A DNA stretch of 64,000 nucleotides from Podarcis bocagei (taxonomy: Eukaryota), in the NCBI GenBank assembly GCA_964188305.1, contig OZ076889.1; one strand, 5' to 3'. Positions 1-12,935 of this stretch are shown one piece after another. A program made the position numbers and the translations under genes. Each line of letters starts with the position of its first letter. Within the stretch, counting starts at the first letter, position 1. The notes beneath the pieces are model-generated. The model was not told the DNA's origin. It did no database searches and saw only the letters and a program-made list of their open reading frames with translations.

Positions 1-787
1 ATATTCTGATAGTAAAAGCTCTCTCCTGTTAACTATCATGGGACCTTATCTTTGGTAGATCTGCCTTTGTTTGTACCGTCCTTTGAGTCTCTCTGTCCCT
101 CAACTGACATGTTAGCAGCTATTCCAGCAAGCTGCCTTAATAGGGAAGATGGGAAGCAGGGCTTATTCTATCAGCTCTGCTGAAATTCCAGCTCCATAAA
201 GAATCTCCATTCTAGTTGGTCATTAGAAGAACTACTGTTTAGGAATTGGCACATGGTTTTGCTTTTTTCCTCCTCCCTTCCTATTCCTTTTTCCTTGTAT
301 GTTGTGTTTTTGTGTGGATGTTGGCTTGTTTTTATAAACCTGCAGGCCATCCTGTTTAAACTGACTGAATGTCAGTGGCTTTGGGAGCATTTTCAGCTGA
401 AGAATATGGTAAAAATGCTGCAATATCACCCACATACCCATACCACAGTTGCAAACAAACAACTTGTATTCTCATTCGCTCATTCCCCATTATTCTGATT
501 TTCATGTTATTTGGCCTGTATGGTGGGTGACATCTAATGATGTCTACCTGCTTGCACAGCAGAAATTTACTTACACAACTTGGGTGTGCTGTTTCTATTC
601 TTTTCCCACAACTCAGCTGAAATGTGCTCCAGAGGGTCTCCTAGCCCTCCTGTGAAGGTTTGGGGGGCACATGGCAAGCTGCTGGGGAGAGAAGAAATGC
701 CACCGCATGCCCTACCTTGGGCAGGTGAAACTGAAAGTAGACTTTTTAATGCTTGAGTTTTGACAATGAGACATATGTCTTATTCAG

Positions 788-964
788 ATAATACAGCGGA
801 TTACTTGGGTGAGCCCACCAGCTATCACCACAGAGTGGAAAAGGAAAGTAGCTCAGGATGCCATTGAGAGTCTCAGTGCATCAAGGCTGGCCAAGAGCAT
901 CTGTAGCCAGTTCCGAACAAGACTATACATTTCTCATGATGCTTTTGCAGCTTCCTTGCGACAG
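788..964 (+). CDS. DSTYK: DSTYK exon (IIQRITW...ASLRQ)
   Basis: ttcag|ATA ... CAG|gtcagt, 177 nt. Confidence 0.95.
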
Positions 965-3900
965 GTCAGTTGGATTGTTGTTCATCACAGTTCTCTTTAG
1001 ATGAAACTTAACCATTTTTCAAATAGTTGACAATTGCCTGCCTATCCTCTCTCTACTCCTTGCCACTAAAAAAAGAAGAAGGAGAAGCAGAAGTCACACA
1101 GGTGCTCTGCTGTTTCTTCTGACTTTTTAAGACAGGCAAAAATGCCTATAAAAGCACTAGCAGTTCTTGTTCTATGGGACTGGAGGACCATTGGGTCATT
1201 ATTGCAATTGCTTCTTCTAGGGGCATTTTAATGGTGATAGAGGTGGAAGTGACCACACAATAGGGTTCATTCTCCAACTCACAAAAGTGCCTGAGAATGT
1301 GCCTTTTTTGGCGGTGTCATGTTGAGCTTTAAAGAACTAAATGAGCCAGCTATAGTAGTGGTCTCTGAAACCTATGGAGAAGTTGAGAGTGCTGCCTTTT
1401 CTCTGCCTTCCTAGGTACTATGAACCTCTGTTGATGGGAAACTGCACCTTTTTATATAGTTTTGCTAGACTAATGAGGCAACACAAGGGCTGTGGATAGC
1501 TCAGTTGGTAGAACATGAGACTCTTAATCTCAGGGTTGTGAGTTCAAGCCCCATGTTGGGCAATATATTCAAATAACATGACCTGAAAATCTTAGGGCAG
1601 GATTCTCCTAATGAGCTCTTTACCTAACGGCCTCCACTAGTGTGATAAGGCTTTCCTCCCCAATCCTCCTGTGCATCTTTACACCCTCTGAAATTGGTTC
1701 TGGGGGGTTGGGGGGAACCCACAGAACAGTGTGTGGGAGGAGAGGGGGAATTGTTTCATCTAGCAAGCTGAAATGCTTTGCAAAGGGAACATTTATCACA
1801 GCATTCCATCCATGTAGTTCATAGAGGTTTTATTCACAAGGAAAAAAATGTTATATGCCTTTTGCCCAGAAGAGCAGCTTAGAAAGAGAATATGTCCTAG
1901 CACATTCTCCATGGGCTATGATCACATGAATATGCAGGTGTTTGGGGCAAAAAGATTCCTGCACTGCGGGGGGGGGGGGGGGGTTGGACTAGATTCCCCT
2001 TGTGGTCCCTTCCGGCTCTAGAATTCTGTGATTCTATAATCCATGGAAATGAATATTCTACAGAACAAACATTTTAAAATGAGAGCCTGTTTCATTCTTT
2101 AGCAAAGAGGAAATAGGGGAGCAGGTTTTGGGAATTCAGTTCTAGGTGTGACCAGCAGGACAGCAAAACCTTAACTTAAATTTGGCCTTATGTTTTGTTA
2201 GCTAGAGGCTGGCCACTCGGGCAGGCTGGAGAAGACAGAAGATCTTTGGTTGAAGGTGCGAAAAGACCATGCCCCTCGGCTTGCCCGCCTCTCACTGGAA
2301 AGCAGGTCCTTACAGGATGTTTTGTTACATGGTGAGCAGTGCCTTGTCTGCACATCTCATTTTATTGATGACTTTCCAGAAGTTTCTTATGAAACAATGA
2401 GACTTGTTCTGTACTGTTCCAAACACACTGAGGGAATGAATCCTGAGGAATTCATGCTACTGGGGAGGGACGGGGGGACATAGAAAACATGTTGACAATA
2501 AAAATTATGGGAAATCAGTAAAAAATAATTGGCTAAAAATAAAATAGAAAGAGAAAACAAGTTGACAAGCAGGTGCTTATATTTCAGGTAAACCAAAGCT
2601 AGGCCGTGAGCTGGGCCGAGGGCAGTATGGAGTGGTGTACTTGTGCAATGCTTGGGGGGGCCACTTCCCTTGTGCCCTCAAATCTGTTGTTCCACCAGAT
2701 GAGAAGCACTGGAATGACCTTGCACTTGAGTTTCACTATATGAGGTAGGTGGCATTAAACTCTTCCGTAATAAACATACATTAACCTGGCAGCTTAACTA
2801 TATTTTGTAGAGTGATCCGACAGAGTCTGATGACTGACACAAAATTCCTCTCATGTATGCACAAAGGGGCTATTTGGAACCTTCTTAAGTGAAACCATGG
2901 CAATATAAAATAATGATGTTGAGTTGATACTTGTCTTCATACTCTGAAGAATTAGGTTGCCTATGTCATCCTTCTCCAATATGGCATCCTCTAGATGATT
3001 GGCTAAAACTCCAATCAGCCTCAGCTAGCATGGTAAATGGCCTGGGATGGGGAAGGTTGCAGTTCAAAAGTGCAGCAGTTGGGGAAAGCTGGCATTTGCT
3101 ATATCTTGAAACTGCACATTTCTATTGCATATCTAGCTTGCACAGTTATTCTGTTAACATGAATAGTCATTTGGAAATAATGGTGTGTGCCTTGTATGTT
3201 TTCCTAGAACAGGGGACTGGGGGGAAATGCCTTATCTCCTTAGAAGACATAAATCCATTATTCTTGACTCTTGTGCTGCATCTTTCTCCAGATCTTTACC
3301 AAAGCATGAGCGGTTGGTAGATCTTCATGGATCAGTGATAGATTATGGGTATGGTGGAGGTTCCAGCATTGCTGTTCTACTGATAATGGAACAATTGCAC
3401 AGAGACCTCTATACAGGATTAAAGGTGAGGAATTAAAACAATTAAATGGAAAATGGACAGTGTAAATATTTGATCATCTCTGGTAGCTTTTCATTATACT
3501 CAAATCAGTGGAGATAATAAAAAGTTGCAGAGTATCCCCAACTCATAACACAAGTACTCCTCTTCAGGCCTCTAGCCAACATGGAACACAAGCCTTGCAA
3601 GGCTCTAGGGTTCTTGTGGGAGGGGAGGTTTTTGCAGGCTTTTTGTTTCCTACCCACCTGAAATATTCCCCAACTGTGTTATAAAGCACTTGGGTTAGCC
3701 CTATATTGCCATATTACAGGGTGGCAAAGACTTTAGAGTTATAAAAGGCAATGGCATATTTCCTTTTGCCTCCTGAAGCCTGTGTATTTCAGTGAGGAGA
3801 GGTTCACTCATGTACCCAAACTGTCACTGTGGCTACTATAAGTTGTTAAAGGTCCAGCCAAGTCAATTTTCTCTTTCTCCTGCTCCCCCAAACCATGACA

Positions 3901-6900
3901 CCTTCACTATTCCATAGCTCTGGAAAGCTACTAAGGATGCTTAGTCCTCTTTGGGCTGTGCTAGGTTTCCGCCCCCCACATCTCTTTTAACTTACAAGCT
4001 AATATACTTCTGCATTCTTGGAGTCTCTAGAGAATACAGAAGCTACTGCCTTGGGCAGTGAACTGCCTATCCATAGACAAGTTGATAAGTTATAATTTGG
4101 CTTTACAATTTTGGCAGCTATGCTCCCTTCACATTGATCCTGACTATTGGTAGATCAGACGGTCTCTTCTTCACCTCCCAACCTCAGCCCTACTACATTT
4201 TTGGTTAGCAGCGGGTAAAATCTAGGGTTAATGGTCTGATCACAAGTACAACTGTAAAGGCATTTTTTTAATATTGTTATATATTTCATTAGATAGAGCG
4301 AGAGAGCGCACACAACACTTGATCCTGGCTACCATTGTGGGACTAAAACTGTATGCTTCAGTAAAACGGATTAACACAATAGCAGCAGAACTACTACCCG
4401 CTTGTTTAAGGAAGAAACAATGTTAAAGGATCTGTTTTGTTGGAGTTGCTTCATCTTAGGCAAGAAGCACTGCCTAATAACCATAGATGTGAATCCCATT
4501 AAGGGATTGATAATAAGTTTTCCCCCCACTTTCCCCTCAGGCTGAGTTGACATTGGAGATAAGATTGCAGATTGCCTTGGATGTAGTAGAAGGGATTCGA
4601 TTTCTTCACAGCCAGGGGCTCGTTCACAGAGACATCAAACTTAAAAATGTATTGGTAAGGGACAGTTTTTTGCCTCGAGCGTCATTCTCTTTGATAAAAT
4701 GGAACAAGACATCAGTACATAAATAATGGCCTTGTTAAAACCATTCCTTGGAATTGTATCTCTGCTTTATAACTTCTTAAAAATGTAAAAAACACTTTTT
4801 TCAAAAGGGGGGGGGGAGGCACGAGCAAAAGTGATCGCTGCCATTGAGAAGCACAAAACCTGTACTTTGCTGTATATAGAACACCAAAGGACAATGGTGC
4901 TGCCCAAAAAGACAGACTCAAGTGCTGAACAAGAAACTCAAGAATATTTAGGTTTTCATATGACTGGACCAATTTCCTTATAAAGAAAAGACAACCATAC
5001 CCGATCACAGCTTAAACCCAGGGGAAAGATCAGAAACTGAGGCATATCTAAAGGGAGCTCAGCCAGAGTAAAATTGACTGGAGTAACAAAGAGCCATCTT
5101 TTCTGATCCTTTGAATGATCAGAAGGCTAATATACCCTTCATCTGTTCAGACTTTCATTTCCACAAGATGTGGTGATGGCAGTTAGTTTAGAGGACTACT
5201 TTTACACTGTTACCATTTCATAAAGGATTAGGTGTACCTGTGGCTGTTAGCTAGCAATCTCCAGGACAGAATCAGATAATACAAAATTATAAGAAAAAAC
5301 AAAATAAGGAATTGGTGATTATTTTTGTGCTGGGCTAGATAATGAACTTCAGCTTGGTTCAGCAAATACATTAGTAATGTGCTAGCTGGGATTGTTTGTA
5401 GAAGACACTTGTACTACAGTGATGGCATGCTGGTCACTTTTGATAAGTCTTGAGGCTTGGGTTTGAGTAGTTTGTATCCTTTACAGCTTGATAAAAACAG
5501 CAGAGCTAAAATCACAGACCTGGGATTCTGCAAACCTGAGGCGATGATGTCCGGCAGTATTGTTGGGACCCCTATCCATATGGCTCCTGAACTCTTCACA
5601 GGTAAACTTATCATAGATCTCCTTATGGACTGTTGGCCATGAAGAATTTGAGGTCCGTTCCCTTAAGATGACAAAACTACATGTGTACAGTTAGAGGGAT
5701 GCTTCTGCCAGGAAGTTTGGCAGATACATGCATGTATCCTCAGGGAGGGGAGGAGTATACTTTCAAGGAGATACGCCACATTGAACTGTGTGGGTTATTA
5801 CCAATGAAAAAACAGGTAGATGTTGGATTGCAGATCAAAATATCCTTAGATAAATTAATTCTTATCTTTGAATCTCCCTTGTCCCAAATGAATGCTTCGA
5901 TACTTCTGTCCTGTTACAAATTTATTTTTGTTAAAGGATTAGCTATGCAGCGCCCTCTATTCTATAACCTGCCTCATTATGAAGACCCAGGGTGGATATG
6001 GACCCTCAACATAAACCCTTAGCAACCAGAGTAAAATTGCATCACATTAAAAGACCAGCTCAAATCATGAAGCCCAAACAGCTCTTACAAAGCTTCCAAA
6101 AAGTGCTCACACTTGGACTTCAGCAAGTCTACATGGAGGGGGAATTTTCCTAATTTGGTGGGGATTGCCACAAAGAATACCTCTTTGTGCTCATATGGTT
6201 GAACTGACACAAATGTTATAACTAAAGGTGCCCTTGGTATTGATCCTTGGTGGTTGTTATGGGGCACATGTAGGAAATGATTTAATTCAGTGCTAGCGAT
6301 AGGATATCCTTTTCTCCTCTCCACAAACTGTAGCTAACTCCCACTGTATTGTGTAGCTGTATGGCAAGTGCCACACCCCTGAAGGACATCTTAATATTCT
6401 TCCCATATGAGTCCACAAGATCAGATGAGAAGGAACTGTCATCAGGCTCCAGGATGAACGTCAGAGCCTCACTTGATCCAGTGGACTTGTGTGGGAAGAG
6501 CATTTGAGTGTGCTTTTGTCTCAAGCAGGAGCATTTAAGAGTAGTAGCCTTGCTGAAAATAAAGTTGCCTTAACTAAGCTCTAGGTTGTGTTTGAGTCCC
6601 CAGTGACCCAGTGTGCTGCTATTTTCCTGACAACAATCCTATGCTTTCTAGTCTTCAACCAGTATCTCTTGCTCATCTGCCACAGGGAAATATGATAATT
6701 CTGTGGATGTATATGCATTTGGCATCTTGTTCTGGTACATCTGTTCGGGTCAAGTCAAGTTACCAGAGGCTTTTGAGAGATGTGCAAGCAAGGACCACCT
6801 TTGGAACAATGTACGAAGAGGTAGGCATAACACATAATGCAGTGTTGTGAAGGGATGGAGACTATATCTAAAGTTCCTAATCTAAATGACCGCATGTCAA

Positions 6901-9049
6901 GATCTGCTCCCATGGTGGAGCTTTGGGGTCTGTTTCTTCCGACCACAGTCCTCTGTGCTGCCACACAAGCCAGCCCTTGAAACTCATGGCAGCTTCAGAA
7001 ACCTCCTTCAGTGCTGTGCAAGTGGTGTTCCTAAACAAGGCTGAAGAAGGCACAAAGAGCTCCAATGCAGTGTTTTTTTTATGTAAGTGAGCTGCTTTGT
7101 AGCAGACTTCCAACATTTGAAGCAATTTTGCATAGCGAAATTTGCTTTGACTAAATGCTTTTGGAGCAATTGTCCTAAGTGAAAAAGCCATTCGACTAAA
7201 TCTTTACACATTCTGCATTTTCAGCAGAAGCTAGATAAGGTAGTACTGGAGTGCTCATGTCTTTGCATCTCCTGGTGCTGTTGTGCTTTGCTGTTTCCTG
7301 TGTAGCTGTATGGCAAGTGCCACACCCCTGAGGTTTCCTGTGCTGTTGGAATATAAAATTCACAGCAGCTGAAAACTTGAAGCAGCTAAGGTGGGCTGAG
7401 AGAAATGGGAGAATGAGCAGTTCCTTTAGTCTGTGGTTTCCAGGCTACTGTTGATAGCTTAGAACGTATAAAAATTCTGGCTGCAGTCTTATGCACACTT
7501 ACCTGGGAGTAAGCTGCACTGAACTTGGTGGGCGCTATCCAACTACATAGATCTGCTCTAGTGCACAGATTTTTTCTTGCACAATGGAACTTCCTCTCCC
7601 TCAATCTGCTCTGGAGAGTTGGAGAGGAACCCAGAACAGAGTTATGGAGGCGAAGTTCCTTTGCACAGCCCAAATCCTTGTACTAGTGGATCTTTTTGGT
7701 TTAAAACTGCCCAGGAAGCGAGTAAACATGCCTAGAATTGCACTGCAAAGCATAGCATGTGTGATTTAAAGAAGGTCCTGTAACATAAAGAGTACCTTTG
7801 TTTAGAACTAACTGTCCCAAGAGTCTATAAGTTGCATTGAGGGCTATGACAGAAATATAGGCCAGATACGAATGACAACATTTAATTTCATCTGCTGTTC
7901 CAAAGGTTGACAGAGAACCAGGATTTCAACTCTTAGTATTATGTTTGTATAGAAATCAGACATCTAAAGATCTTCAAACTAGATATAATCAGTACTTTCT
8001 TGGAACAAGGCAACAGCAATCTAATTCTTTCAAAAACATGCTTGCATGACTAATGCTTAAGTGGTTTTCTTTTTTAAAAAACAACAACCACCCAGCAATA
8101 TCTTAAATCTCCTTAAAGTGTTTGAGAATTTGCAGTCCTTAGAGTGTTGGGAATCTCTGTGAACATGCTTCATTCTTTGAACAATGGGCTCTATTAGTTG
8201 CTACCTAAATTAGTGGAGCCTCCTGCATAGTTCCTTTTGTTATTAAAATGTACCCTTTTAACTTCATGCCTATTTTCAAGCTTCCCCAAACATGACCTCC
8301 CAAGATGAAGTTTTTTCTTAATTTGAAAGCTTCCCTGCCTTATGGATAATGGTAGTTGTGGAAATTACAGTGCATAGTATCATGAAAAAACAGGACTAGC
8401 ACCTGTAGTACAACTAAGCAGTGCAATTCTATACATGTCTCCTCAGTAGGATTTGCTCCCAAGTAAGTGTGCTTGGAGCTGCAGCCTTGACATGTTTCGA
8501 AGTGTTAATTTTTAGGTTTCAGAACCGTTACAACATATGAAAAACGGCTTATAAGTGGTCAACTCATGTGAACAGTGTAATGCTGGCAACACTTTCGTGG
8601 TCACAACAGCAGTTTCCATGAGTAAGGGGCCATACCTTCCCAGTGCACCCTACTTTCTGTAAGTCAGTATTTATACATATTAATAATGTGTGTATTGACT
8701 CAGAGCCTTGTCCATAATTGGAAGCTTACGTCTGGTTTCTTTCCAGATGGGCCAGATAAGCAGCTTATGCCTCTGACCAGTGTAATTAAAGCTGAAGTAG
8801 CAAAGATCAAATGAATTATTTTCCCTTTCAGTCAATTAACCATGTTCTCCTTTTTGTCCAGGAGTACGCCCCGAACGCCTTCGCATTTTTGATGAGGAAT
8901 GCTGGCAGCTGATGGAAGCCTGTTGGGATGGAGACCCTTCTCAGCGCCCACTTCTGGGCATTGTCCAGCCCACGTTGCAGAACATAATGGACAGGCTTTG
9001 CGGGTCAAACTCGGCACCGTTGAATAAAGGATTAGATGACTCTACTTGA
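788..9049 (+). CDS. DSTYK: DSTYK dual serine/threonine/tyrosine kinase, 3' part (8 coding exons; 5' exons lie upstream of the window)
   Basis: Spliced translation [14 protein letters not shown]...[11 protein letters not shown]...[11 protein letters not shown]...DLGFCK...APE...GLDDST* matches the vertebrate DSTYK C-terminal half as I recall it; all introns are GT-AG with consistent phases. Confidence 0.97.
1490..1562 (+). mobile_element. tRNA-Lys(CTT)-derived SINE head (decayed tRNA)
   Basis: Closely resembles vertebrate tRNA-Lys-CTT: anticodon arm TGAGA-CTCTTAA-TCTCA (CTT at 1523-1525), A and B boxes; acceptor stem broken and several differences are CpG decay. Confidence 0.85.
1942..2037 (+). 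mobile_element. CR1-tail half of the tRNA-Lys SINE
   Basis: TTCCTGC..GGGGG TTGGACTAGAT..CCCTTGTGGTC.CTTCC..CTCTA..ATTCTGTGATTCTAT aligns with the CR1 3' end at 27742-27823. Confidence 0.8.
2202..2331 (+). CDS. DSTYK: DSTYK exon (LEAGHSG...VLLH)
   Basis: gttag|CTA ... CAT G|gtgagc, 130 nt. Confidence 0.95.
2588..2744 (+). CDS. DSTYK: DSTYK exon, kinase Gly-rich loop (GRGQYG) and ALK lysine
   Basis: ttcag|GT AAA ... ATG AG|gtaggt, 157 nt. Confidence 0.95.
3292..3424 (+). CDS. DSTYK: DSTYK exon (SLPKHERL...TGLK)
   Basis: tccag|A TCT ... AAG|gtgagg, 133 nt. Confidence 0.95.
4541..4654 (+). CDS. DSTYK: DSTYK exon, catalytic loop HRDIKLKN
   Basis: ctcag|GCT ... TTG|gtaagg, 114 nt. Confidence 0.95.
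5487..5601 (+). CDS. DSTYK: DSTYK exon, DLG to APE activation segment
   Basis: tacag|CTT ... ACA G|gtaaac, 115 nt. Confidence 0.95.
6686..6820 (+). CDS. DSTYK: DSTYK exon ([12 protein letters not shown]...NVRR)
   Basis: cacag|GG AAA ... AGA G|gtaggc, 135 nt, symmetric phase 1-1. Confidence 0.95.
8862..9049 (+). CDS. DSTYK: DSTYK last coding exon (VRPERL...GLDDST*)
   Basis: tccag|GA GTA ... ACT TGA, 188 nt. Confidence 0.95.
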
Positions 9050-12000
9050 AAAACAAGCCATGGAGGAACTGTTCTATTATGTGAGAATGCCGGCCCCCAC
9101 TTTGGCGTGGGCAGCTCAAGAGGGTAGCTTTTCTGAAGAGAGACTGGCCAGAAATTGGGCGCTTGGGTGAGACGATACCGAAATTCCACCTCATATAGCA
9201 GCCAGGGACATTCATCCCCAATACACTACTAATGCAAGTTGCTAGTGCTTCCCTCTTCCCTTAAAACGCAAGAAAGATGGGAAATTCAGGCCTTGCTGTC
9301 TGGAAAGGATTTTGCTTATCCCCTTCAGATTCCTGTAAAAGGAAGAAAGCACTGTATGTTTCATAACTGGGGCAGCCAGCACATCTGCATCCCTAGCTTC
9401 AGTCTGCTATATGTCTGCAATGGCTCCCTTGACGGTCACACACATGAATGTGGATTATTGGAAGACATAAAGTAGTATCTCTGTCATAGGATGGGTTTTC
9501 CAGCTATTCTTAGCGTGGATTCTGAGGGGTGTTAAGCTAATATTAACTTCATAGTACTTGGTATGTTTACATGGAAGGATCAAAGCATCCATTCTCTTGA
9601 GGGGAAGGCCACACTGCAATGGAAATGCCCTTTAAAAAAAGTATAAGCTACCTGTGCTTTATCTTGTGAACCAAGCTCTTTTTGGTAAACGCTTAGTAGC
9701 AATTTTTGCAACATCTGATTAAAGATGGCCTTTTTATTTTTACAATCTTACAGCAAGATGGGTACTCCACCAAAAAAGACTCTGCACATACAGAAATTGA
9801 AACATAAATTGCTTGCAACTAACTACTGCCTGTACCCAGTGGACAACTAGCAGGCCATGTTTTTAACTACAGCAGTTTTCTTGTTTTGAACCCAAGTATA
9901 AAGGCAGTGACTGTTTTAAACTAATTACTGACAGGCATTTTAAAATATTTCTTCAGCTACTTTTTTTAAGCCATTCCCTTGGAGAATACCTAAGAGAGAT
10001 CTGACATCATTCCATAGATGTGCATGATTGCTATTTCTGACCATTTCCTTCTTTAGGGTTTGTTGTTTGGCTGTGTTAGACTATGTTAATTTAGGAATCC
10101 ATTGCAGGGAGCACATGGGGAGGACAGTCCAGAGTCCTGCAAAATGAAGGGTTCTTTCTCATGTACGCACCCCTGAGAGAAAGATTTGTTTGCATTTGTT
10201 TGTGCAAGACTTAGTTTCTTAGTACAACAATGTTTTGAGGAGAGGTGTGGGATGAGCTGGAGAATGCAATTGGCGTAAGGTCAAAGTTTTTCTCCCGTGT
10301 GTTTGGAGAATGAAGGGTGAAACCTTATTCTCCTTCTTCCACACAATGAGGCATGCACTGGTTTCATCGTCATAGGATAATTGAGTGTGCGCTATACAAA
10401 GCCAATCAAACATGCAACATACAGTCCATTGCTTCTGTTGCACAAAGCAGAATTACAGCCTCCTGCCTGTTTACATAAACTACTAGAGACAAAAGTGACC
10501 TTGCAATGTTACTGGCCCAGCCTAGATGAACCCTTCCTGTGTGCAATAAAATTGAAACTCTGCTTTTAAAATGATTGCTTTTTACTTAATGGGCATTCAT
10601 TGCTAGGTGATGATCTAAACTGTATTCACACTTCTGTCTACAAATTGTAGCACCTGGCAACTTGAATGGGCAGCGACGGTTGCCAACCATGCTCACAAAA
10701 AAGCACATATATTCTCAAATAGATATTAGAAATGTCACTTATGTGCTAGCTAGGCCACTGTTCCACTCATTTGACAGTATTACTCATTTCATACCCATTT
10801 ACTCTGTGCTACAGTGGCTAGTGACCTTGTTTAGAGTTAGGAGGGTCTAGGTCAGTATTTTTGGAAGTATATAGTTTATGTAAAATTAAAATGAATAAAA
10901 CTATTTGAAAACGGCTTGTATAGCTTTTCCCAAACAGCCACTTCCTTATTCTATAATATCCTGTGCCTTTTTGAAAACTTGAGTTGAAGTAGTGTATCAA
11001 ATTCCACTAGGACTGTCTTCCCCATGGACACCTCTGGCTCAGTACACCTTTCCCAATGTACAACAATGCATGTGCTCCTTTGTTAGGCATAAATGTTAAT
11101 TATTCTGAGCAGCTCTGAATCAGATTTCACAGGCCCCCTGACATGCCTCACAAGAGGGAAGAGATGGGTTTTGTGTCGTCTAAAGATCTTCTAGTTAAAG
11201 CACATTTGACTTCAATTAAAACTCTTGTTCATATTTGGCAATGCTGTATGCTTTCTCTACGTTACTACCACCCTTGTGGCCTAAGAAGCATGTATTTTGA
11301 ACACACTAACATTTTCATAGCTGTTTGAATAGAGGCAAACAGATGCCACTACCAGGTATTATGGTAGGGGTAATGGTGGCTATCTGTGTATTCAGGCCAG
11401 CTGTGAGTGCAGAGCATCTATCACTGCGATCCCACTCCAGTTACTTGACATAAGCATTAAACTGAAGATCTGTTAGAAGCAACTCCTGGTTGTTGTTTTA
11501 AAAATAAAGTTATTGTTGTGCTCACGTACAACTATCTTATGCACTGCAAAATACCTCTTCTCTCCCCACCTGCCTCTTAAGTTAACTTCATTACCCACTT
11601 TCTTATGTACCCAAAAGGAAACTTTGTTTACTAAACTGTATTATGCAACGTTTACAGGTTGCCACTGACTGGATGGCTAAAGCAGGTGCTCCAAAAGAGA
11701 GGTTTCTTTAGAGTTGGAAACATGATACATCAAACTAGTTTACAAAAACAAGTATACTTACAGAAAGCAGAGCTGGAGGAATCCATAGTGGTGCTAGTAG
11801 CTCATGGTTCAAAGATGGAGCTATTCAAAGCTGCCCAATTGCTAGGCCACTTATTTCTGCTTTGGATATTGTGGCCAATTTAGGCTCTGGATACAAACAC
11901 TACATAGGGTTCAAATGAGTGAAAGCAAGGCTTGAATGCAATGTCACATTGCCATGTTGCGATGCTGGAGTGTTGCCCTCAGCTTGCTAGTGCATTGCTG

Positions 12001-12935
12001 CTGTCTATCACATTGCTGTCTAGTGCAGTGGATTATGGGAGCTTTTGTTTGGCAACTGACCATTTTTGTGTGTGTTTCCTCCATCTGTAGTACTTCTAGT
12101 GACTTGATTATACAATGCAAGCCCTTCTAGCTTGTTGAATTCAAGTGCAAGCTATTCTATTTATCTTTTTTTTTAGCACTTTTGTGTTCATCCTTCTCTC
12201 AGCCCCTTCCCTCCTGGATAGTATTTGGAGGCTCAGAAGCTGCTTGAATGTAGGCTCTTGTCGGGCGACTGTCATTAATGGAAGGCCCATCAGTACTGGA
12301 TCCCAATCTAATGTGGTTCTCTGTTGAGCTTTCACTTTTAGAGATGTACATAATGCCTTCTCTGTATCTACTGGTCTCCTGGCCAGTTGTCCTCGCTTTG
12401 TTATTTTTTAAATTTTAATACTATGATTTTTCCCCCTCCAGGGAGAGAATAAGAGCACAGCAGCATTTAAAACTCCCTCAGGGGCTTAAATAGCACTGTA
12501 TTTCTTGAACTTCTAATGCTTCCCTTTGTTTTGGTTCTATTAAACTGATGGTCAACTGTTACAACTTGGCTATTGGGGGAGGTAGAAACCTGAGTTAAGA
12601 GTTGTACAGTTCCATTGTAATGCCTATAGATTTTTGTACTACTTTTATTTTTTAAAAAACTTATGTATATTAGTGTTAAAGGCAAAGGTAACAAACTTAC
12701 CAACTGTATAGGAAAAGTGCAATAACATGGAAAATGACATGATTGAGAAAAATATTTCCCTTGTATTCTGTAATACTAATTTACTCTCCACTGCAGCCCC
12801 TTCCCCCATTACGTGTATTTTAAGAGACGTGACTGTGGGTCAAGACTTCATTTAGTGCTATAATGAAAGTCTGTTTTAATAGAGAGTAGAATGCACAGAA
12901 GTGCTGTATAATAAAGGTTGCATTAACATTTTTTG
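9050..12935 (+). other. DSTYK: Probable long DSTYK 3' UTR with several candidate poly(A) signals
   Basis: AATAAA at 10545, 10894, 11503 and 12910; AU/UGUA-rich, repeat-poor sequence; the end point is inferred. Confidence 0.5.

Noticed and set aside
1490-1562. Functional tRNA-Lys(CTT) gene
   Set aside because: The acceptor stem cannot pair (CTGTGGA versus GTTGGGC), CpGs have decayed to TpG/CpA, there is no T-run terminator, and a CR1-type SINE tail lies nearby
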